In this document: piece by piece, positions 28,226-40,471 of the stretch
Layout of the letters: every line of letters starts with the position of its first letter
Numbering within the stretch: position 1 is the stretch's first letter
NCBI GenBank assembly: GCA_012295275.1
Contig: CM022665.1
Span: forward strand, 30,566,001-30,630,000
Reading direction: 5' to 3'
Origin: Chrysomallon squamiferum
Taxonomy: Eukaryota > Animalia > Mollusca
DNA: 64,000 nucleotides
Notes under the pieces: generated by a model
What the model saw: only the letters and a program-made list of their open reading frames with translations
The model's database searches: none
Told to the model about the DNA's origin: nothing
Translations under genes and position numbers: made by a program

Positions 28226-30569
28226 AGACAATCCAAGATTGCAAAGAAAAGTATGGAAGTTACGTTAGGGGAGCTAACTGCTACTGTACTCCGTACGCTG
28301 GTTGTTACCACCGTCACTTTCAGGTGAAACCGAATGTAGTGGCGTCAGCAAAACAACATGGAGGAATATTTGAGAACAAACTTTCAGGAGTTCACGACTC
28401 TGATTACTTTCTTGAAGTGACAGTCACCAATCACGCAAATCTAACTACAAAATTAACTTATCAGGTATATTATGACAATGACTGTTCTAACAACTGTCTA
28501 TTAACATTCGTTTTGTTAGTTTTTACAAATACATGGCAAAAACGATTTGCTATTTTAAGACTGAATTCCGTATTTATTTATTTGTTTGTTTGTTTATAAA
28601 AACATATAATGTGAACCAATTTTTCTATGAATTTTTCTATGAATCTATTTTCGGCACTTTATGTTGATAAACCAAAATAATAATAATAATAATAATAAGA
28701 AGAAGAATATTAATGTTGTTTATCCTGTGAACAGATCACGGTTGACAGTAGTGCACCAGTAGCAGGAGCTGTACATGATGGTTTTGTTGGAGAGCCAGAA
28801 CGAGATTATCAAGTGTCAAAAAAACTATCAGCACACTGGGAGGGCTATTTTGACAAAGAGAGTGGAGTTCTCTTCTATCAGTTTTTATTTTCTGCAAGCT
28901 GTCAGGACATTTCTGCGTTTTCCATTCATCCAGAGAAAACTAAGGTGAATTTGAAATTTTATTCTTTATATATGATGTGCTTATAGATTTGTATTAAAGG
29001 ATTTTTATTTATTTATTGTTATTATTATTACTACTACCACTACTTCTATTATTTATTTATTTATTTATTTATTGACTGTATTTTATGGTTTTTAATTTGC
29101 ATTGTCTTAATAATTTAGAAATGTCAGAACATTAATATATTCCATTCAGCAGTTTCATATGTTGAAACTAAAAAGATCTTAATTTAAAAAATAAAATGAT
29201 TAAATATTTATTAAAAGACTTTTAGGAAAGGAAATGCTGGTTATCTTATTTATTAAGTACCTCAGAACAGACAGGTTTTTATTTTGTTTTGAGCAATTTA
29301 CTTTTCAGTTACTCTTTTGTTTATTTATAAAAGTATTATTATCTGATACAACAAAAGTTAAAATGCATTTAATGTCATAGCCATACCTTTTAAAATGGAG
29401 TTGCTGCATTTTGCTTGTGGTCATTATGATTGGTAACTGTTGATAATTCTAATTCAAATCTAAAACTGACTTGTGTGTGTTCAGGCCACACAGACATACT
29501 TCACACAAGCTGTCTGGGAGGCAGAGACTGATGGGAAGTATTATGTAACAGTTGTTGCATACAACCGAGCTCTTGCTGCTTCCAGTCCAGTGTGTTCAGA
29601 TGGGATTGTTGTAGACACAACACCACCTCAAGTGTCTCAAGTTGCTGTTTCAGACTCACGGATAGTTGGAGGTCTGGTGAAGAGAGGCACAGTCGTGTGG
29701 TTGGTGAAGAACGACAGACGAAGATTAATTGTCCAGAGTCCTGACAGCACATGTCTGTGAGTTTTCTAATCATCAACATCAGTTTTTGTGTAAAATGTAA
29801 CACGTTTTTGTCACTGCTAAACTACATGTCAAATGAAAATCACATCTGATCCAGCCATCTTCAATAACTATGTTGATGTATGTAACTATGTATCTTATTC
29901 AGATTTTCTAGTGAACTTGGTTAACATCTACTCATGATTAATTTACAAAAAAAAGCAACAAGAAATGAAACAATTTTACCAGAATATAAAAAGAAAATAG
30001 CAAGATATTCATTATATTTATAAAAATGCTTTAGGAAACCTAGATGTGTAAAAAAAAAAACTTCTTTTTTTAAAAATTGTCCACGTAAAAACATTCCTTT
30101 GCTTTGAAATTTTGTTTTGAAGAAAGTTTCTAATCTCACCTTCCATACAGAATGTCAGAACTCCTGTGTACAAATTACAGAAACATTTTCATGTTTCAGA
30201 ACAAAGGCAACTCCAATTGCTGATCTTTCAAATCTGCCAATAGATAAAACTGAAAGTGGAGAAACCAAGACAGTGAAAGCATCAGTTTGTGAAGAGGAAA
30301 GTGGAATGTCTGAAGATTTCTTGAACAAGATGTACATTTTTAAAGAATTTCAGGCAAGAATAATAATTATTTCTCACATTAAAACTAATTTTAGATGTCA
30401 GTTGATTGTAGAAAACAAAAATATCAGATACTGAACTATGTATTGAGCTGTCAGTAGAAAAGTTTTTTCTTGTTAATTAGATACAACTACCAAAAGAGTC
30501 ATATTAAAATATAACATTAAAGGTACAGTAATCATAACAGCTAATATGTGCTATAATGTAGTAGTTTTA

Positions 30570-30626
<57 letters not shown>

Positions 30627-33600
30627 CACAATCTCTCATTATTTTTTAGACAGATTTTAAAATATTTCTTCACTAAAATTTTACATTAAAAAAACACAAT
30701 AATCATAACACCAGATATGTACTATAATATAGTAGAATTATTAAATATTTCTATAAAAAAGAAATAAATTTTGGTTTTAGTTGTACTTGAACTGGACAGG
30801 ATCAGATGCTGAGAGCGGAATATTTGATTATGAAATTGGTTTTGCATCCAGCAAGAATGGTGCAGCATCTCCTGATGTCAAACCCTTCACATCAACACAT
30901 CAGCATCAACATGAACAACTGTTGCACACCAACATCAATGCAGGAAGACGATTCTTTATCATCATCAAAGTCATCAACAAAGCTAAAAACTCAGCAAATA
31001 AAGTAAGTACATGTTGTTTGTAGTTACAACTGTTCTGACAAAAATAAACATTTGATCATTTGTTTTTACAGATTATCTTATAAAAATCTTGTAATTTCAT
31101 CCATTTCACAAAAATATTCTGCATAAAACTTGAAACTGCAGATTCAGACATAAATATATTCATACCTGATACCCCGTAAAAATGTTGTTGTTTTTTCCCC
31201 ATTAATAATGTAGTTCTTGTATATATAAATAATTTCCTGTCTAGTGATCATTTTAAAAATAAAGGAATTTCTGTAATTTATTTTTAATTTTTGGATTTTT
31301 GTGGGGTGCATGATCACATTTTTATTCATGTGATTTTCTTTATGTTAAAGGTGATTGGTCCAGTGATAGTTTTAACCGAAAACCCTGTCTTCACACCACC
31401 AATCAAAGTAACTCTACAAGAAAATTACCTGGTTGCAGAATGGACGACTTCAACATTCACTGACATGGAAACCAAATATTTAAAATATTCATTTGCTGTT
31501 GGTGTGTTTGATTTCTTGGTTCTGTTTTATTCTGATCTGATTTGTTTAAGTTCATTGTTATTCCCCCAATTTGGTGAAACTCACAAACTGAAGTCAAACA
31601 GTTTAAAATGTAATTATGTTTTCTTTTTATGATTTGTACAATCTGTTAAAAATTTTAGTTTTAATACATGTACTATTAAAATGATTTAAATATTTTTATT
31701 TTAATACACCTAATATAAAAATGAGTTAACTATTTTTGTTTCGTGCAATATTAAAAGGTATTAAATATATGTTTTTTGTAACATGTATTATTAAAGTGAG
31801 TTAAATATTCTTATTTTGATACATGTAATATTTAAAATATTTTTAAAAATTTGTTTTATAAAGTGTAATGTTGAAATGTGTTATATATTGTTGTTTTTAT
31901 AATGTAATACTAAAATCTATTTAAAAACTGGGGTTCAAATATTAAAGTGTAAAATATTTTTGCATTATAACATATAATATTAAAATATATTAAATATTTC
32001 AGTTTATAAAATGTTACATTAAACTATTAAATATTTTAATTATATAAAATGTAATATAAAAAGTTATTGAATTATTTAATTTTATAAAATGTAGTATAAA
32101 AAGTGATTATATATTTTAGTTTTGATACATGCAATATTAAAGAGTATTAAATATTTCAGTTTATAAAATGATATATTAAAGTATATTAAATATTTTAATT
32201 TTGTAAAATATTTTAGCTTTGTATGAATTTAAACAGGACACACAGGTAAAGGTGAAGAAACACACAAGTGGTCTGTGCTGCAGTCAGGTGCAGGATGTGT
32301 CATTTCCTCTCCGCCTGTCTGTACAGCTGTGCCTCTGTCTCATCTACAGTTTGGTCTTCATGAAAAACACACCTACTTTGTGTCTGTCCAGGTGGAGAAC
32401 ATTGTCGGTCAACTCACAGTGGGTGTGTCACAACCGTATCTCCATAGCAACAAACGTCCACATGCAGGATTAGTCTATGAAGTGATTCCTAATGAGGAAG
32501 TTGATGTACTCGAAACATCTGTTAGTGATCATGATTTTATGTCAGAGTTTTAATTAACTTAATTATTCCATTTCCTCTTTTATTACAGTTCTAAGTTAAA
32601 CTGTTCTTAATCTGTACGATGATAAAATTATTCTTATAAGTTGGATGCAATTTGTTTTGATATAAAAACAACAACATTATCTCTGATTTTAAACAACAAA
32701 ATACTTCATATGAATTGAATTATAATTGTGTTTTCTACTCTTTTTTTTTAATGAAAACTGAAAGATATTTGCTATATTTTAATGAAATCTCATTTTAGCA
32801 AATATTATAACTGAAAATGTTATTGAACACAGTGATGAAATCAATATATAAAAATGTTAAATTACTAATTTGTTTTTACAGTTATTGGAAGACAGTGATC
32901 ATCAGTTGACAAGAAAAGAACTCAGTGTTCGATGGTTTGGTTTTACTGACAAAGTTGAAAGTTTGACATTTAAAGTTGGGTTAGGAACATCACAGAAAAC
33001 TGCTAATATTGTTCCTTTTGTTTCTGTTCTCAGTGAAAACCAACACACGTTTACAAGTTTAAATCTCAATATTCATCAGGTAAGTAGCTTTTTACACCTT
33101 TTTTATTTATTTGTTTTAAGGCCACATTCAATTAACAGATGATGTTGAAAATGATAATTACAGCTGCATTATTCATGTATTTCAGTAATATTATTCACTC
33201 ATTCAGAATTGTTTAAATTGTGTCATATTATGAATGTATTATAGCTGCTGAAGGATCAATTATATAACATGAATATGAATAATCAGTTAATTCATATTAT
33301 AATATATTTAGTAATATTAATAATACATTACAGACATATTATGAATGTATTACAGTAATATCAAAAAATATATTACTGGAATATTATAAATATTACTGTG
33401 ACAGTATTATTATGGCTATATTACAGCAATGTTATGACTATCACAGCAATGTTATGATGATGTTACAGCAATATTATGACTATATTACAGCAATATTACT
33501 CACTGGTTGTGGCTACAAATGAAGCTGGTGATACACTGGTATCCTCAAATGGATTTCAGATAGTAGAGAACCAGACTGTTGTGTCTGATGTTGTCATCAA

Positions 33601-36600
33601 TGATGGTCCTGTCTGTCAGTCTGCAGGTTTTTATTTTTTAAAACATATCAGTAGACTGATTCCTTGTTTTAATACAAGAGATTACACACAATTTAATTTA
33701 GAAATTTCCATGTCTATTTTTTACTGTCTTAAGTCCTATACTTAAGGATATATTATATCTATTTTATCTTCAGAATATTTAAATTATTTTTGATTTTAAA
33801 GACAAAAGACTTTTTGGTGGTCAGATTTCAAAAGAGTTTCAGTGTAATAGTAATTAAATTTTTTTTTTTTTTTTTCAGATAACATGAAATGGAAACCAGA
33901 ACATTACAAAAACGTAGGCTTTATCTCTATTTATTTATTTATTATTATTTTATTTTTTTCAGTTGTTTCATAATTTGTTATGTTATTCTTATTGATCTCT
34001 GTTTTGATATTTCATACTGGTCTTCAAACACTGTGTACTTTGTACATTGTAGTAAATGTGTTGATTGTGTCACTAAGTTGATGAGGAGAAATGTGTTGAT
34101 TGTGTCACTAAAGTTGATGAGGGAAAATGTGTTGATGATATTTCTTACCAGTCTTCAAGCTCTGAGCACTTTGTACATTGTAATAAATGTGTTGATTATA
34201 TCACTAAAGTGACATGTATAGATAATATTTCAGTACTTGTATTTGTTACATTTATGTTGATAAAGTTAACAAATGTGTTGATTGTGTCACTAAGGTTGAT
34301 GAAGAGAAATGTGTTGATGATATTTCGTACCAGTCTTCAAGCAGTGTTTATTTTGCTCACTGGACTCGTTCAGACAGGTCCAAGTCCTTGTATCCAGACG
34401 TCGTCTGGAGTCTGCAGAAAAAGAAACCTTTGTCAGGTGATGTTTATAAATTCTTAAAAATCTATGTATTTTGATATTATATGTCTAATGTAACTGTTAG
34501 TGAGAAAACCCACTGATACAATTTCATGGATTACTTTTATTTATTGGCAGAAATAAACCTTTCATACACATCTTTCCATTGACAGAAAAGTTAGATACTT
34601 CTGCAGTTGGTAAAACAGATAGGAGCACTGGGTGAAACAGGAAATCATTCAGTCAGTTCAATGAAGAGGACTCAATTTGCAATCAATAAATGATTCCACA
34701 TAAATTCCTACTTTTATTTTACTGCACACGTTTCCTAGTTCAAACATTTAATACAGAGTGAATATTTATTACGCAGATTTATCCTGTTTATTTAATGTAT
34801 TGTATCTGTTTTTACAGTTAATCTGTGGGACAGTGTCAGATCCTATGAACACATATCATCCACTGACACTGTGATTGCTGGAGGTGTCAGTTTACAGTCA
34901 GGTCACACATACCGAGCTGCCGTCAAGTTGTGTGTCGCAAAAATCTGTTCTCAGCCAGTTTTCAGTGACGGAGTGACAATTATAACACAACCACCACAGT
35001 CAGGAACAATAACTCTGCTGTACTCAGAAACTTCTACTACTTCTCAGGTAGAAATCAGTAAATACATAAACAAAAAGCAGCAAATAAATAAATAATAAAA
35101 CAAATAAACAAATGATTACAACTGTAATTAAAAAGATTAAATTATAGGATCTAGCAGTTTTGAATGTAAGTTTATGACCAAACTGTAATTTTTATTATTT
35201 TTGTAATTATAGAAAGTTTAATATTGTATTAGTAATTAATTAAGAAAATTTATTTTCACAGATAAAGGTCGAGATTGCTAAATTCTTTGATCCTGACATC
35301 AAAGATAAAGATGTTGCCATGACAACAATGTCCAGATATGAGTGGGCACTGACAGATAACAGGCATGACAGTCGTTTGTTAGAAAAGTGGACACAAGTTA
35401 AAAATGTTCAAAACGTAAATTCTACACATGTGAGTTAACACATTTATAAACACCAGTAAAGTGTTTATAATTCAGTAATTGTTGGTTTTTACTAAGATTA
35501 AAAAAGATAAAAATAGAATTAGTATAATTTATTCTTTATGCTTCATTTTTCAGATCAGTTTCACTGTGACACTTGCTGGAAAACTGAATTTCAGAGAATG
35601 CAGACGTCTGGCTGTGAGAGGATTCAACAAAGTTGAGATGTCCACAACGGTGTCTGCCGATGTCAGAAACTGCTCTGCTTTCGATCCTGCCCTTGTTGTT
35701 CCTGCCGTTGTCATCGATGTCTTAGGTAAACACATTTCATGTTCAACTGTCAGTTTTCGGTTTTGTACTGATAATTATTATTTCAAATGTTTTAAATTTG
35801 TATTTGAAAGGCAGTAAAACTTTCAAAATGACTCAAGCTTTTTAATGAAAAATATTTGTTTCTACATTTTTTCATTTTGTTAAACTAACAGTATTAATTT
35901 TTCTTTTTATTAAACTTTGATTGTGATGATTGTGGTTTGGAATATTATTGGAATTTTTGTTTTAAAAGCTGATAAACTTAAATGCATACAAGTATTTAAA
36001 TCAAAACTGTCCTTTTTAAATAGTTTTAGATAAACGACATATGTTATATATAATTTGGTGTTGAAAACAAATTAAACTGAAATTTATACAAGCTTTTAAC
36101 CAGCTAAACATTGGGTGTGTTTTTTTTAAAGATTATTTATTTATTTACAAAATAGGTGTGGAAATAAAATATGAAATAAAGTAAATTATCATAATAATTT
36201 TGTTTGACATAATGTTGTGTAATGCTAATTTTGATAATTAAGGAAAGAGGAGAGAAGATGGAGGTGCTGCTGGTGTGATGTTAGATGAAAATGCTCAGTG
36301 GACTGAGGACGATGTTGACTACACTCCATACTCTGACATGTTGTCTGCTGTGTGGCCCAGCCTCAGACACAGAGACTACATGTGGGCGGTAATGGAAGGG
36401 AGTTCTGTACCCCCAGCAGCTCACTACCAGCGACAGTCACTGATGTCTGTGTCTGACCCTTGTTCTTTACCTGGAGTTGTCAAATGTAATCACACAGGTA
36501 AACATCACCACTGTTTTATTAATGTTTTATTATTATTTACACTTTAACAGAAGCAGACTGAAAGAGGAAATTAGAATTTTTTTAAATTATTTTACATATT

Positions 36601-39600
36601 ATATAGATAAAAAATGTAAATTTAAAATATTAATTTACTTGAGAAGACGTTTGTTAAAAGTATTTCAATTAATTATTCTGCTAATACACTATTGGATACA
36701 GTTAATTAACAATATTTTACCTGTTTTAATATATACATAAAAAATACATCAGTACTATTTAGTAACCAGATGTAAAATTAATCCTATTTCCAGAACTGAA
36801 AAAAAAGAGATATATCAATATTACTTTACCAATAAGAAATTGTCTTTTTTCAGTATCAGTGGTATGAGTATTATTATTTTACACATTGAATGTGTGCATA
36901 TTGTTATTTTGCAGATAAAGTATATGTATTGTTATTTTACAGATAAAGAGTATGTGTGTTGTTATTTTACAGATAAAGAGTGTGTGTTGTTATTTTACAG
37001 ATAAAGAGTGTGTGTATTGTTATTTTACAGATAAAGAGTGTGTGTATTGTTATTTTACAGATAAAGAGTGTGTGTATTGTTATTTTACAGATAAAGAGTG
37101 TGTGTGTTGTTATTTTACAGATAAAGAGTATGTGTGTTGTTATTTTACAGATAAAGAGTATGTGTATTGTTATTTTACAGATAAAGTGTGTGTGTATTGT
37201 TATTTTACAGATAAAGAGTATGTGTGTTGTTATTTTACAGATAAAGAGTATGTGTGTTGTTATTTTACAGATAAAGAGTATGTGTGTTGTTATTTTACAG
37301 ATAAAGAGTGTGTGTATTGTTATTTTACAGATAAAGAGTGTGTGTATTGTTATTTTACAGATAAAGAGTGTGTGTATTGTTATTTTACAGATAAAGAGTA
37401 TGTGTGTTGTTATTTTACAGATAAAGAGTGTGTGTGTTGTTATTTTACAGATAAAGAGTGTGTGTGTTGTTATTTTACAGATAAAGAGTGTGTGTGTTGT
37501 TATTTTACAGATAAAGAGTCTGTGTATTGTTATTTTACAGATAAAGAGTATGTGTATTGTTATTTTACAGATAAAGTGTGTGTGTATTGTTATTTTACAG
37601 ATAAAGAGTATGTGTATTGTTATTTTACAGATAAAGAGTATGTGTATTGTTATTTTACAGATAAAGGGTATGTGTATTGTTATTTTACAGATAAAGGGTA
37701 TGTGTATTGTTATTTTACAGATAAAGGGTATGTGTATTGTTATTTTACAGATAAAGAGTATGTGTATTGTTATTTTACAGATAAAGAGTGTGTGTGTTGT
37801 TATTTTACAGATAAAGAGTATGTGTATTGTTATTTTACAGATAAAGAGTGTGTGTATTGTTATTTTACAGATAAAGAGTGTGTGTTGTTATTTTACAGAT
37901 AAAGAGTGTGTGTGTTGTTATTTTACAGATAAAGAGTGTGTGTGTTGTTATTTTACAGATAAAGAGTGTGTGTTGTTGTTTTACAGATAAAGAGTGTGCG
38001 TGTTGTTATTTTACAGATAAAGAGTGTGTGTTGTTATTTTACAGATAAAGAGTGTGTGTATTGTTATTTTACAGATAAAGAGTGTGTGTATTGTTATTTT
38101 ACAGATAAAGAGTGTGTGTTGTTATTTTACAGATAAAGTGTGTGTGTATTGTTATTTTACAGATAAAGAGTGTGTGTGTTGTTATTTTACAGATAAAGAG
38201 TGTGTGTATTGTTATTTTACAGATAAAGAGTATGTGTCTTGTTATTTTACAGATAAGGAGTATGTAAATGTGGAGTTTGATGAGTCATTACAACATGGAA
38301 AGCGTTACTACATCTGTATTCATGCCAGTGAGAAACAAGTGCAGTATGAAAAGTGGACAGATTACCTGTTAGAAGTAAATCAGTGCAGTGATGGTGTTGT
38401 TATTGATCTCACTAAACCTACTGGTGGTCGAGTGTGGATTAGCAAACTCAATCACAAGCAATATCAGGTAATCTTTTGTAAATAATCTTAGAATATTTAT
38501 TTTAAATTATTTCATAATTAGTATATCAAACATACACATAATAATACATATATGAATTATTTTATCAGATGAAAAGAATGAATATCAGATTTTCAGTTAA
38601 TAGTTTTATTGTAATTGTGCATAGAGTTTTCAGTTTATCAATAAAATAGAGAAGTTCTGTTTTGATCAATTAATTTGTATAAAATAGCTATTTTTGTTTA
38701 TTTATTTATCTGTTTACATTTTTTTAATTTTTAATTTTTTTAATTTATTTATTTATCTTTTTTTGTTTTGTTTTGATGCTGTGCTCATTATTTATGTTAA
38801 ACTTTATCTTACTCATTAGTTCAGTATACTCTACATTTTTTTTTATGTAAAAGATTTCTGAAATCTTGGGTAATGATTGTCACACACTAACAAAATAGAA
38901 AGAGAGACTAAGAAAACAGGTAAATGAAATGAGAGATTAATTATGTAGACTCAAAGTTGATATGTTTATTTAATAATTTCAGTCGTCTCTGACTGAGGTG
39001 GAGGTGTTGTGGGATGGGTTTACTGATGTTGATGAAATCAGTTCTGTACTGCACACTACTGGAATAGCAGACTATCAAATAGCACTTGGTTAGTTTGTTT
39101 ATCTTCTGTTAACTTTAAATTTTCATTACTTACGTTAAGATTTTTATAAACTTCAAAAACCCTTGCTTTTGTCTATATTTAAAAATGTTCCTTAAAACTT
39201 TTGTTTTGATATATTTTAAAATATCATTTCTCTTTTAAGATTATTAACTAACAAAACAGATTACTCAGACTTGAAACAAATGTAGAAATTATGGCTGCTT
39301 TTCATTGAGAGGATTTCTAATGTTTTAATATTTACATTTGTAATAATTTCAATAATACCATGTTGAATATTTCTAAAGTTTACTTTTAGTTTGGTTATAG
39401 TTCTGTTTTCATGCTAATTTTCTCATTGTAGATGATATTTAACATGTCTCTATATAACATACTATTGCATTTATAAAAGACAAATGTTTTATATATAACA
39501 ACTTGTTATGTTTAATGGATAAAACAAGTTGTTAGGTTTAAAGTATATAACAAGTTGTTAGGTTTAATATATATAACAAATTGTTATGTTTATTATTATA

Positions 39601-40435
39601 TATAACAAGTTGTTATGTTCAATGTATATAACAAGTTATGTTCAATGTATATAACAAGTTGTTATGTTCAATGCATATAACAAGTTGTTGTTTAATATAT
39701 ATAACAAGCTGTTATGTTTAATTTGTATAACAAGTTATATTTAATATATATAATAAGTTGTTGTTTAATATTATATATAACAAGTTGTTATGTTTAATTT
39801 ATATAACAAGTTATATTTAATATATATAATAAGTTGTTGTTTAATATTATATATAACAAGTTGTTACATTTAATGTAACAAGTTATGTTTAATATATATA
39901 ACAATGTATATAATAATGTATATAACAAGCTGTGTATATAACAAGCTGTTATGTTTAATATTATATATAACAAGTTGTTATGTTTAATTTATTTGACAGG
40001 TTCAGTTCCTGGAGGTGAAGATGTTGTCAGTTTTCACAACGTTGGCCTTGTCAATCACCAAACTTTGCACAGTCTCAAACTACAGAATGGACACACACTG
40101 TTTGTCACTGTTAAAGGTTGTTAAATCTATTTGTAAATTCAACCTCTCTTTCTCTCTCTCATCTGCTATTTAATTGCAGTATCATTGTTTTTATTCAAAA
40201 ATAATTATAATAAAACATAACAAATATTTAAAGAATAATACATCATAATTATTGCAATTCTGTATTATAAATTTTAATTATTTATTTTTATATGATTTTA
40301 TTTTAATTAATTAATTTATATATATTTTTTTAATTCGTTGAAAAGATGAGCACAAGTCAAAAAAAAAAAAAAAAATCTTTTAAAGTAATTTTACCCATTT
40401 GTAGGAAATAATTTATTCAGTCAGAAATCTTCTTT

Positions 40436-40471
<36 letters not shown>

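Noticed and set aside
36952-37990. 316-aa and 336-aa Cys-rich repeat ORFs as a metallothionein-like gene
   Set aside because: They are two stop-free frames of a 30-bp intronic minisatellite derived from a splice acceptor, with no independent gene structure.
36890-38252. CRISPR-like array
   Set aside because: Head-to-tail units with no unique spacers, no cas genes, and a eukaryotic intron context.
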